Shown here: positions 1 to 8,382 of the stretch, piece after piece
Position numbering within the stretch: position 1 is the first letter of the stretch
Layout of the letters: every line of letters begins with the position of its first letter
DNA from: Desulfobacteraceae bacterium
GTDB lineage: Bacteria > Desulfobacterota > Desulfobacteria > Desulfobacterales > SURF-7
DNA length: 27,572 bases
Assembly (NCBI GenBank): GCA_030619585.1
Contig: JAUXBD010000001.1
Coordinates: 1 to 27,572 of the forward strand
Reading direction: 5' to 3'
Program-made: the position numbers and the translations under genes
The notes under the pieces: model-generated
Told to the model about the DNA's origin: nothing
Databases searched by the model: none
What the model saw: the letters and a program-made list of their open reading frames with translations, nothing else

Positions 1-1
1 C

Positions 2-19
2 CCGCTTGGCCTCCGACTT
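2..19 (-). other. MGI/BGI sequencing adapter remnant (artefact)
   Basis: CCGCTTGGCCTCCGACTT is the reverse complement of AAGTCGGAGGCCAAGCGG, the start of the MGI/BGI adapter as I recall it. Desulfoferrodoxin-like sequence begins immediately at base 20. Confidence 0.88.
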
Positions 20-277
20 AACACTGTAGATGCGGCAAAAGAAAAGCATGTGCCGGTTATTGAAAAAATTGACGGCGGATTCAAGGTAAAAGTTGGCGAA
101 GTGGCCCACCCCATGGAGGAGAAACATTACATTGAGTGGATAGAAATTATTGCCGGCGACAAGGTTTACACACAGTTTCTCAATCCTGGAGATGTGCCTG
201 AAGCTACTTTTAAAATTGAGGCCGATAGTGTGACGGCCCGAGAGTACTGCACCCTGCATGGCCATTGGAAAGCGTAA
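20..277 (+). CDS. dfx: Desulfoferrodoxin / superoxide reductase, C-terminal part (5'-truncated)
   Basis: The frame of ORF 50..277 extends upstream as [16 protein letters not shown]. The SOR centre II ligands are present: EKH, HPM..H and CTLHGHW. Confidence 0.93.
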   Translation, partial: NTVDAAKEKHVPVIEKIDGGFKVKVGEVAHPMEEKHYIEWIEIIAGDKVYTQFLNPGDVPEATFKIEADSVTAREYCTLHGHWKA

Positions 278-370
278 AAATTGCAAAGTATATGTTTCAA
301 GTTACGCGGTGGACTCAGGAAGCCTCGTAACCTGAAAAAATTTAACAGATGATTGACAGGAGATAGAATA

Positions 371-526
371 ATGGCAAACTGGAAATGTTCAAAATGCGGG
401 TATACCACAGAGAAAGCAATCCCACCGGATGAGTGTCCGTCATGTAAACAAAAGTGCGAGTTTATTGATAACACTTGCTATACACCGGATTGTCAAGGGG
501 CTGGCGTTGATAACAGGATAAAGTAA
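371..526 (+). CDS. Small rubredoxin-like protein (51 aa, below the ORF-track cutoff)
   Basis: Manual translation gives MANWKCSKCGYTTEKAIPPDECPSCKQKCEFIDNTCYTPDCQGAGVDNRIK*. It has CxxCGY and CPxC rubredoxin-type knuckles plus a C-terminal CYTPDC. Confidence 0.85.
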   Translation: MANWKCSKCGYTTEKAIPPDECPSCKQKCEFIDNTCYTPDCQGAGVDNRIK

Positions 527-555
527 CTGAAATTAAAATATAAGGATTTATTGAT

Positions 556-993
556 ATGGCTAAAGCACTTGTTGTTTATTCCACCAGGTCAGGTCAGTCG
601 AAAGTTATAGGCGAGTTTATTGCCGAAGGAATCCGAATGATGGGGGTTGATGCAGTTATGATTGAAACAAAAAAAGTGGGAAAAGTAAACGAACTTGATG
701 GCTACGATGCCTATATTTTCGGTTCGGCAACTTACCACGGCGATTTAATGAACTGCATGAAAACATTTCTGTTTCTGGCTGAAAAAGCTGAACTTGATGG
801 AAAAGTCGGAGGCTCTTTCGGCTCTTTTGGATGGAGTGGCGAGGCACCCGAGCGTATATATGGTACAATGAAAAATATTTTTAAAATGGATATGGTAAGC
901 GGGCCTTTAATGCTTAAATCAGGCCACCTTGGCGGTGGTATCGGTATGGCCCACGATTATGGGAAGGAAATCGCAAAAAAAATCAACCCCTAA
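556..993 (+). CDS. Flavodoxin-domain protein (similar to the FprA/ROO C-terminal domain)
   Basis: FMN phosphate loop YSTRSGQS, GSATYHG and FGSFGWSGEA. Confidence 0.88.
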   Translation: MAKALVVYSTRSGQSKVIGEFIAEGIRMMGVDAVMIETKKVGKVNELDGYDAYIFGSATYHGDLMNCMKTFLFLAEKAELDGKVGGSFGSFGWSGEAPERIYGTMKNIFKMDMVSGPLMLKSGHLGGGIGMAHDYGKEIAKKINP

Positions 994-1057
994 ACCCGGC
1001 CTTGCAAGACTTGATTTTGCTTTATTTTTAAAAACTTCTTATTAAAAAGGAGATCAA

Positions 1058-2368
1058 ATGGATGTTCTCTTACTATCACGTCTGCAATTCGCTGCAGCAA
1101 CCATGTTTCATTTTCTTTTCGTCCCGTTGACTCTTGGGCTGTCCGTTCTCATTGCCTACATGGAGACAATGTATGTGAAGACGGAAGATGAAACTTACCT
1201 TCATATGACAAAGTTCTGGGGGAAGTTGTTTTTGATCAATTTTGCTTTGGGCGTTGTTACCGGGATCACACTTGAATTTCAATTCGGTACAAACTGGTCC
1301 CGTTATTCAGCATATGTGGGTGATATTTTCGGATCACTTCTTGCAATTGAGGCCACCACCGCCTTCTTCCTGGAGTCCACGCTCATTGGCGTATGGATTT
1401 TTGGTTGGAATAAAATCTCCAAAAAAGCCCATGCCATTGTGATGTGGCTGGTGGCACTGGCAGGGTCATTTTCCGCCATATGGATCCTCATTGCCAATGC
1501 CTGGATGCAGCATCCGGTTGGCTATGAGATCAGAAACGGCAGGGCCGAGCTTACGGACTTCCTGGCAATTATCACACAAAAATTTGCAGTTCTTGAGATT
1601 ATCCATACCGTAAGTGCTGCCTATATTCTGAGTGCATTTTTTGTTATGGGAATCAGTGCGTATCATCTTTTAAAGAAACAAAACATCGAGTTTTTTACCC
1701 GGTCTTTTAAAATCGCTTTGGTAGTTGGTCTTGTCTTTTCCTTTATTGAGGTCTTTGAAGGACATCTCCATGGGGCAGACCTTGCTCACAGCCAGCCGGC
1801 AAAATTAGCTGCTCTTGATGCTCACTGGGAAACTTCAAAGCGAGCGCCTGTATATCTGTTTTCTATTCCTGATGAAAAAAATGAGAAAAACTTTATTGAA
1901 TTTGCCCCAATACCAGGCGGCTTGAGCTTGCTTGCTTTCCACGATTTCAATGCGGAAGTAAAAGGATTAAAAGAATTTCCAAAGGATGAAAGGCCGCCGG
2001 TATTGATCACGTTTGGCGCTTTTAAATTGATGGTGGGTCTTGGATTTTATTTTTGTCTTGTTACCCTGATCGGATGGTTTTTAAGAAACCGTCTTGTTGA
2101 AAACCCATTGTTTTTAAAAATTATGCTCTTCTCAATACCGTTACCCTATATTGCGATAGAACTTGGGTGGATTGTAGCTGAAGTGGGAAGACAGCCATGG
2201 ATAGTTTACGGCCTTATGAAGACCAGTGATGCTGTTTCTCCTATCGCAACCAGCCAGGTACTTACAACTCTTGTTGGTTTTATTCTGATTTACGGGCTGC
2301 TCGGGGCGGCCGGATTCTATCTTATTGGTAAAAACGCGATTAAAGGGCCGGAGATAAGCGCTGCATAG
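1058..2368 (+). CDS. cydA: Cytochrome bd ubiquinol/menaquinol oxidase subunit I
   Basis: SRLQFA..MFHFLF, FGTNW, QPAKLAA and GWIVAEVGRQPW motifs; AAGGAG RBS upstream. Confidence 0.97.
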   Translation: MDVLLLSRLQFAAATMFHFLFVPLTLGLSVLIAYMETMYVKTEDETYLHMTKFWGKLFLINFALGVVTGITLEFQFGTNWSRYSAYVGDIFGSLLAIEATTAFFLESTLIGVWIFGWNKISKKAHAIVMWLVALAGSFSAIWILIANAWMQHPVGYEIRNGRAELTDFLAIITQKFAVLEIIHTVSAAYILSAFFVMGISAYHLLKKQNIEFFTRSFKIALVVGLVFSFIEVFEGHLHGADLAHSQPAKLAALDAHWETSKRAPVYLFSIPDEKNEKNFIEFAPIPGGLSLLAFHDFNAEVKGLKEFPKDERPPVLITFGAFKLMVGLGFYFCLVTLIGWFLRNRLVENPLFLKIMLFSIPLPYIAIELGWIVAEVGRQPWIVYGLMKTSDAVSPIATSQVLTTLVGFILIYGLLGAAGFYLIGKNAIKGPEISAA

Positions 2369-2425
2369 CATCGAGTTTTTAAGGGGTTGTATGTAAAAAT
2401 ACCGCAACTTTAAATGGAGGTACAA

Positions 2426-3439
2426 ATGGATTTACAATCAATATGGTTTTTCTTATGGGGTTTGCTTTGGGCAGTATTTTTTATGACTGATGGTTTTGAT
2501 TTTGGTATTGGCACACTTTACCCGTTTCTGGGAAAAAACGAACAGGATAAAAGGGTAATGATAAACTCTTTAGGCCCCTTGTGGGACGGCAATGAAGTAT
2601 GGCTGATTACTGCAGGAGGTGTTACCTTTGCAGCTTTTCCTCTGGTATACGCCACAATGTTTTCATCCCTTTATTCTGCATTGATGCTTATTTTATTTGC
2701 CTTGATTCTTAGGGGTGTCTCCTTTGAATTCCGCGGCCAGATTGAAGACACAAGGTGGAAGAAGATCTGGGACACATGTATATTTATTGGAAGCGTACTG
2801 CCTGCTATTTTATTCGGGGTGGCTTTTGCAAATATTTTTAAAGGCATTCCTTTTGACGGCAGTGGTTATCACGGGACCCTTTTTTCTCTGCTAAATCCAT
2901 ATGGTCTTCTTGGCGGAGCTCTTTTTTTGTTCCTTTTTCTTGAACATGGTGCTATATGGCTTTGTATAAAAACGGAAGGTGATTTGCACCAAAGGGCTGC
3001 TGCCACAGCAAACAAGCTGTGGCCCGTGCTTTTATTCATAGCTGTGGCATTTCTGGTGGCCACAAAATTTGCAACTCCTTTGTATGACAATTATATTGCT
3101 CATCCGATACTTTTTGTGGTGCCACTTATAGCTGTTGTTGCTCTTGCGGGTGTAAAATTTTTTATTTTGACCGGTGCATGGTTTAGGGCATGGTTTTCAT
3201 CAGCGCTTACAATTGTGGGCTGCACTTTTTTCGGGATTATCGGGCTTTTTCCAAACCTGTTTCCCTCAAGTATAGATGCCGCACACAGCCTTACAGCTTA
3301 TAATGCATCATCAAGCTCTTTGACTTTGAAGATTATGCTAACCGTTGTTATCATTTTTATACCTGTTGTTATTGGATATCAAATATGGGTTTACAATCTT
3401 TTTAAAGACAAGGTAAACATAGAGGAGCTTAAATATTAG
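2426..3439 (+). CDS. cydB: Cytochrome bd oxidase subunit II
   Basis: DGFDFG, GPLWDGNEVWL and LRGVSFEFR motifs. Start moved to ATG 2426 because GGAGG lies at 2416-2420. Confidence 0.96.
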   Translation: MDLQSIWFFLWGLLWAVFFMTDGFDFGIGTLYPFLGKNEQDKRVMINSLGPLWDGNEVWLITAGGVTFAAFPLVYATMFSSLYSALMLILFALILRGVSFEFRGQIEDTRWKKIWDTCIFIGSVLPAILFGVAFANIFKGIPFDGSGYHGTLFSLLNPYGLLGGALFLFLFLEHGAIWLCIKTEGDLHQRAAATANKLWPVLLFIAVAFLVATKFATPLYDNYIAHPILFVVPLIAVVALAGVKFFILTGAWFRAWFSSALTIVGCTFFGIIGLFPNLFPSSIDAAHSLTAYNASSSSLTLKIMLTVVIIFIPVVIGYQIWVYNLFKDKVNIEELKY

Positions 3440-3544
3440 ATTTTTAGAATCCTGGACCTGTGCTACTGCTTAAAGGCCGAAAAATAATAATTTTCTCTAC
3501 CCTATCTATACAGCAAAATTATAATAGCACAGGTTGAAAATCTT

Positions 3545-3727
3545 ATGCCGTTTATTGAACAAATAGGCTTAAAAGGGAAAATTTATGTTCCTGAAAAAAT
3601 GCCCGGACAGTGTAGCAAGCATCCGTGTAAAGACTGTTTTTCGTGTCAATTGTGCAGTGATGACAGGTGCAATGCCTGTTTAAATAAAAAAATAGAAAAT
3701 AAATTTAATATAACAAGGAGAAAGAGT
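3545..3727 (+). CDS. Cys-rich mini-protein/domain, in frame with the downstream ferritin-like gene (no stop in this sequence)
   Basis: CSKHPCKDCFSCQLCSDDRCNAC has seven Cys. It is followed by an Asn/Lys-rich, intergenic-looking linker that contains an internal RBS. Confidence 0.6.
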
Positions 3728-4189
3728 ATGAAGTTTGAAAGTTTCGAAGATGTCATCAAGTACGCCATGGAAAAGGAAAACCAGGCTGCAGAGTTCTATG
3801 AGAAAGCTAAGGATGAGGAAAGCATGTCAGGGATGAAACAGGCTCTTGAAGAGTTTGCTGTTGAAGAGAAGAAGCATTATGCCATGCTTGAGGATATAGC
3901 TAACAACCGGGAAAAAATTGAAAGTTACAATTTAACGCCGGCTACCGACCTTAAGATCAGTGACTATATGACAGAGATAGAGTACAAGCCGGGTATGCTG
4001 TATCAAGATCTTCTTATTGTGGCTATGAAACGTGAAGAGCAGGCATTTAAATTCTACAGCAGCCTTGTTGAAGGAGTGGAAACCGAAGAATTGCAGAAAG
4101 TATTCAAAATATTGGCCAATGAGGAAGCCAAGCACAAGAATTTCCTGGAAACCCAATATGATGATTACCTGAGTGCACAGGGTGGATAA
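3728..4189 (+). CDS. Ferritin-like / rubrerythrin-family di-iron protein lacking a rubredoxin domain
   Basis: Duplicated E..ExxH helices (EKE...EEKKH; KRE...EEAKH). AAGGAG at 3715-3720 lies 7 nt before ATG 3728. Confidence 0.88.
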   Translation: MKFESFEDVIKYAMEKENQAAEFYEKAKDEESMSGMKQALEEFAVEEKKHYAMLEDIANNREKIESYNLTPATDLKISDYMTEIEYKPGMLYQDLLIVAMKREEQAFKFYSSLVEGVETEELQKVFKILANEEAKHKNFLETQYDDYLSAQGG

Positions 4190-4217
4190 AAAATAGATCT
4201 CAACCCAATAATTTAAA

Positions 4218-5171
4218 ATGGAAATATTTAACTCTGTGGTTAAAGCTGCAGGTTTGTGGGATTTGCAGGTTAAAAAAATAAGAAGGGATATTGAAATTGC
4301 AGGCAGTCCTGAGCGGTGTGAAATAAGAATTGTTATTCAGGACAATAATGACCGACTGTATATTATCGAAAGTATATTTGACGAAGATATAGATCACAAG
4401 CTTAGAATAATACATTCCCTTGAGCATCTTTTTCAGCAGGGCTTAAGGGAAATTAAGCCCTATATATGTAATAGCAAAAAGGAATATATTATAAGCTGTG
4501 ACGACAGGTTCTGGCAGCTTGCCCCTTTTGTTGACGGTGTGAGTTTAACCCGACCCGGATATGTTTTTGATCAATGGAGGGGCAAGGTTCTTGCTGATTT
4601 TCTTATCAAGTTACGGGCAAAATCTTCAAATGTGCCTTACTCTGATAACGCAAGTCCATTTTCCATAAAAAAATATATCTATGAACTGGTTGACCAGATA
4701 AAGCTTTACAATCCGGAATTGACAGGGCAAATCAAACCGGTGGTAGATTTTCTTGAAATCCGATTCATGGATGCGCATGATAAGCTGCCCAATGCGTTTT
4801 GCCATGGAGATTATCACTCTTTAAATATAATCTGGTCGAAAGACAATATAAATACTGTTATTGACTGGGAGTTTCTTGGCCATAAACCTGAAATATACGA
4901 TGCTGCAAACCTCATGGGATGCATCGGAATTGAGGACCCTGAAAGCCTTTCAGGAAATCTGATTAAAGATTTTTCAAAAAACCTGAAAAAGGCTGAAATT
5001 TTTTCAGGTTTGAGCTGGGAGTATCTTTTTGAGTTGATTGTTGCAATAAGGTTTGCATGGCTTTCAGAGTGGCTACGATATAAAGACAAAGAGATGTTAA
5101 AGCTTGAGCCAATATATATGAAACTGCTTATAAATAATTACGTTTATCTGAAAGAGTGCTGGGGAATCTGA
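4218..5171 (+). CDS. APH / type II homoserine kinase-like phosphotransferase
   Basis: Brenner motif CHGDYHSLN and downstream IDWE; substrate unknown. Confidence 0.8.
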   Translation: MEIFNSVVKAAGLWDLQVKKIRRDIEIAGSPERCEIRIVIQDNNDRLYIIESIFDEDIDHKLRIIHSLEHLFQQGLREIKPYICNSKKEYIISCDDRFWQLAPFVDGVSLTRPGYVFDQWRGKVLADFLIKLRAKSSNVPYSDNASPFSIKKYIYELVDQIKLYNPELTGQIKPVVDFLEIRFMDAHDKLPNAFCHGDYHSLNIIWSKDNINTVIDWEFLGHKPEIYDAANLMGCIGIEDPESLSGNLIKDFSKNLKKAEIFSGLSWEYLFELIVAIRFAWLSEWLRYKDKEMLKLEPIYMKLLINNYVYLKECWGI

Positions 5172-5212
5172 ACCTTTTTAAAATTTCACAAAAAAAATTG
5201 GGGGAAGAAAAC

Positions 5213-6151
5213 ATGCATAACGATTCAACCAAAGCCATGTATGAGTTTTATGAACTGGAGAAAAAAAATGATTTTTTCCCTGCGTACCTCTATTTAAAGT
5301 ATATACAGCACTTCATTAACCATGTTGTAAAAAATATAGGTATTCCGACAAAAGAACTTCCATATGAATTGGGAGACGGACTTGATGAGATGATGGGAGC
5401 ATACTACCAGCAGATAGCCGAGGCCGGGGAGACAGTTGAAACAAGTGTTTATAATGCCAAAGTTCTCAAGCTAAAAGATGCTGTAAAACTTTTCACCCAG
5501 GAAAACAATCTGAAACTCCCTGTATCAGAGAAGGTTGTTCCATTTGAGAATGCAAAATACATAATCTTGAACAATCCGGACTCTGTATCCATAGGCACCT
5601 GCCCCTGCAGGATGACCTCTTTAGAACCATGTCTTGAAGATCCAATGGAGGTGTGCCTGTTTGTGGGAGACCCGTTTTCAGCTTTCATAAGGGACCAGAA
5701 TCAGAAATTTCGGAAAGGGACCCAGGAAGAGGCAGTGAAAATCCTGGAAGACTGCCATAAAAAAGGTTTTGTCCATACAGCCTGGTTCAAAAAAGACCTA
5801 GGCAACAGCTTTGCCATGATCTGTAACTGCTGTAGCTGTTGCTGTCTTGGTATCAGAATGTGGAACCTTCTTGAAGGTGCGGTTCCCATTATGGCGCCTT
5901 CCGGTTATGTTGCCCGGGTACTTGATGATTGTATCGGCTGCGGAACTTGCGTTGATGAAAAAGCATGCCACTTTAATGCGATCAGCATGGATGAAGACAA
6001 CGAAAAAGCTGTTATCGATTTCGATAACTGTATGGGTTGCGGAGTATGCGAAAATGTGTGCCCAAACAGCGCCATTGAGCTCAAGCTGGACCCAAAGAAA
6101 GGCGAACCTCTGGATATAGACGTATTAAAGGCCCAGCATGGAGCAGGATGA
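5213..6151 (+). CDS. Cys-rich 4Fe-4S dicluster (ferredoxin-domain) protein
   Basis: C-terminal CIGCGTC...C and CMGCGVC..VCP ferredoxin motifs, plus CPCR and ICNCCSCCC. Start set at ATG 5213, after GGGGA; the track start at 5156 overlaps the previous gene. Confidence 0.82.
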   Translation: MHNDSTKAMYEFYELEKKNDFFPAYLYLKYIQHFINHVVKNIGIPTKELPYELGDGLDEMMGAYYQQIAEAGETVETSVYNAKVLKLKDAVKLFTQENNLKLPVSEKVVPFENAKYIILNNPDSVSIGTCPCRMTSLEPCLEDPMEVCLFVGDPFSAFIRDQNQKFRKGTQEEAVKILEDCHKKGFVHTAWFKKDLGNSFAMICNCCSCCCLGIRMWNLLEGAVPIMAPSGYVARVLDDCIGCGTCVDEKACHFNAISMDEDNEKAVIDFDNCMGCGVCENVCPNSAIELKLDPKKGEPLDIDVLKAQHGAG

Positions 6152-6296
6152 CCATACTCCTATAGTTTATAGCATGATACAATTATGTCTCAATTATATA
6201 TTGTACAATTTTAAGGTTTTGGGGGATTAACATAAATCCTTAATTATTAAATCCAACAGGAGTTAAACGAAAACCACTAAGATAAGGAGAAGTTAA

Positions 6297-6845
6297 ATGG
6301 CAAATTATGTGTGTTCAGTATGCGGTTATGTTCATGAAGGTGGAAGTGCGCCTGATAAATGTCCCCAGTGCGGAGCAGCTTCAAGTAAGTTTAATTTACA
6401 GAGCTCAAGTGATGAGTTGATATGGGCAGATGGTCATAACATAGGAGTAGCAAAAGGGGTTGATGAAGAGATCCTTGAAGGCCTTAGGGCCAACTTCACA
6501 GGCGAGTGCACTGAAGTGGGGATGTACCTTGCCATGAGTCGCCAGGCAGACCGGGAAGGTTATCCTGAAGTGGCTGAAGCATATAAGAGAATTGCCTTTG
6601 AAGAGGCAGATCATGCTTCAAGGTTTGCCGAAATGCTTGGGGAAGTGCTGGTAGCCGACACAAAAGCCAATCTTGAAGCAAGAGTAGCAGCTGAATACGG
6701 CGCCTGCAAGGGGAAAAAAGGAATAGCGACCAGAGCTAAGGAACTGGACCTTGATGCTATCCACGATGCGGTTCACGAGATGTGTAAAGATGAATCAAGG
6801 CATAGTAGAGCTTTTGAAGGGTTGCTTAAACGTTACTTTAGTTAA
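6297..6845 (+). CDS. Reverse rubrerythrin (N-terminal rubredoxin-like domain + ferritin-like domain; NADH peroxidase type)
   Basis: CSVCGY...CPQCG, then [15 protein letters not shown] and DESRH; AAGGAG RBS. Confidence 0.92.
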   Translation: MANYVCSVCGYVHEGGSAPDKCPQCGAASSKFNLQSSSDELIWADGHNIGVAKGVDEEILEGLRANFTGECTEVGMYLAMSRQADREGYPEVAEAYKRIAFEEADHASRFAEMLGEVLVADTKANLEARVAAEYGACKGKKGIATRAKELDLDAIHDAVHEMCKDESRHSRAFEGLLKRYFS

Positions 6846-6870
6846 AATAGGAGACAAGCTGTAAATAAAT

Positions 6871-7026
6871 ATGTATGTATGTGAAGTATGCGGTTATGTT
6901 TATGATCCCAAAGAAGGTGACCCTGAAAACGGAATTGATCCGGGTACAGCTTTCAAAGACCTGCCGTATGACTGGGCGTGTCCCCCGTGTGGCGCTTCAA
7001 AGGGTGCTTTTGAAATAGAGGAGTAG
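6871..7026 (+). CDS. Rubredoxin (51 aa, below the ORF-track cutoff)
   Basis: Manual translation gives [51 protein letters not shown], a classic rubredoxin sequence. The start context is odd (see findings). Confidence 0.9.
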   Translation: MYVCEVCGYVYDPKEGDPENGIDPGTAFKDLPYDWACPPCGASKGAFEIEE

Positions 7027-7040
7027 AACCTAAAGTTACT

Positions 7041-7229
7041 ATGAGAAGACCTGTAGTTGAACTAAGCGAGTGTATTTTGTGCGGTATTTGCACTGATTTA
7101 TGTCCTTTGGTTTTCAGAATGAACCATGCTGGCTATGTTGAAGTAGTCGAACTTGATGAATATCCCGATGCAGATGTAAATGAAGTAATAAAACACTGCA
7201 TAAGCGATTGTATCAAGTGGGATGAATAG
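7041..7229 (+). CDS. Single-cluster ferredoxin
   Basis: CILCGICTDLCP plus a distal C(ISDCI); 62 aa, acidic. Confidence 0.87.
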   Translation: MRRPVVELSECILCGICTDLCPLVFRMNHAGYVEVVELDEYPDADVNEVIKHCISDCIKWDE

Positions 7230-7245
7230 GAGGACACCATGAGAA

Positions 7246-7659
7246 ATGATAGTATTTAATGGAAAATACCGCTGGGACGGGAAAAAAAAGGGCGATCGCA
7301 AACCTGTAAGCTGGTGGCCTGGGTCTTACCTTATCACTATAATCGACCTTTCCGATGAAAAACCAGGTGTGCATATGTTAAAGCCCATAATAGTTATGGC
7401 TGCTGAGACAAAAGAGGGCTTTTGTTTAAAAAACACATATCAGGATTTGGTTAAAAATGTATGCATTGATTTCAACCTGCAGATGGACAAGGTGTTTTGG
7501 GTTTCATATAACGCCGAGTCTTTTTTGGAGATGCAGGCAGCTGTATTTCGCCCTGTATCAAGGTTAGGATCTGAAATATTGTACGACATCAGGTGGCGAC
7601 CGGTAATAGATAGAGAGTTTGATGAGATCAAACACTTTTTCCCTGAGTCAGCTCGCTAA
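7246..7659 (+). CDS. Hypothetical protein
   Basis: 137-aa ORF co-directional with the cluster, GGAGG upstream, protein-like composition; no family recognised. Confidence 0.7.
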   Translation: MIVFNGKYRWDGKKKGDRKPVSWWPGSYLITIIDLSDEKPGVHMLKPIIVMAAETKEGFCLKNTYQDLVKNVCIDFNLQMDKVFWVSYNAESFLEMQAAVFRPVSRLGSEILYDIRWRPVIDREFDEIKHFFPESAR

Positions 7660-7719
7660 TTTAATAGTATAGGAGATCCCATTTTATTTATAATGATATT
7701 TGCCAATTATATGTTTGTT

Positions 7720-7833
7720 GGCCGCGGATTAACGCAGATTAACGCGGATAAAACAAATAAAAAATCTGAGTTCATCTGTGTTAATCTGCGGCCTGAAAAA
7801 TATTAAAAAGCCCGCGCGACAGCGCGCTACCTT
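7720..7833. repeat. REP-like intergenic element, copy 1 (20-bp inverted repeat + conserved tail)
   Basis: Arms 7720-7739 and 7774-7793 pair with 18 Watson-Crick and 2 G-T pairs. The left side carries tandem GATTAACGC(G/A) units. Segment 7774-7833 recurs at 19902-19960. Confidence 0.8.
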
Positions 7834-7838
7834 AAGTC

Positions 7839-8324
7839 ATGAAGAAAAAAACGGTCACAGGCAGAGCGCTTAAAAAAAAAGTCCGGCAACTGCTTTTCGA
7901 AGATGATTTTGAAAAACAGATTGAAGAGATCAAAGGGGTTTCTGCAAGACGGGTTGTCAACCCGCTTTTTTCGTTTTTATGCAGCAATGACGCACTTTTA
8001 AAAGCAAGGGCAGTAACCGCCATGGGAATTGTTGTTTCGAGGCTTGCCGATCACGAAATGGAGTCTGCGCGTATTGTAATGCGCCGTCTAATGTGGAGCC
8101 TTAATGATGAATCCGGTGGAATTGGCTGGGGAGCTCCCGAAGCAATGGGAGAGATAATGTCACGGCATAATAAACTTGCAGATGAATACCATAAAATACT
8201 GATCTCTTACTCAAGACCCGGCAGCAATTTTATTGAAAACGAGAGCCTTCAGGAAGGTGTTTTGTGGGGAATAGCACGACTTGCACAAGCAAGACCGGAT
8301 CTCGTAAAAGTCGCATCAATTTGA
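7839..8324 (+). CDS. DVU0298-family HEAT-repeat-like protein
   Basis: The signature RRLMWSLNDESGGIGWGAPEAMGE is recognised from this deltaproteobacterial family. Confidence 0.78.
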   Translation: MKKKTVTGRALKKKVRQLLFEDDFEKQIEEIKGVSARRVVNPLFSFLCSNDALLKARAVTAMGIVVSRLADHEMESARIVMRRLMWSLNDESGGIGWGAPEAMGEIMSRHNKLADEYHKILISYSRPGSNFIENESLQEGVLWGIARLAQARPDLVKVASI

Positions 8325-8382
8325 AAAACTCCCCATCCGTTTCTGGGAATAGCAAAGATAAATCCGCCCCCTCAATATCTCA

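Noticed and set aside
298-334. Imperfect hairpin (GTTACG/CGTAAC) after dfx as a terminator
   Set aside because: It has no U-tract in either orientation and lies between co-directional genes; at most it is an mRNA-stability hairpin.
7239-7259. Six-codon ORF (MRNDSI*) at better RBS spacing than the 7246 start
   Set aside because: It could be a chance ATG. Nothing in the sequence distinguishes a regulatory uORF from noise.
7688-7712. ATAATGATAT as a Fur box
   Set aside because: Only a half-site matches, in very AT-rich sequence.
7722-7750. Tandem GATTAACGC units as a CRISPR or microsatellite array
   Set aside because: There are only about three 10-nt units, with no spacers and no cas genes; the REP-like element explains them.
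8322-8324. Possible Sec read-through at other TGA stops (also 5169, 6149, 14616, 27497)
   Set aside because: None aligns to an expected catalytic Cys, and I see no convincing SECIS hairpin after them.
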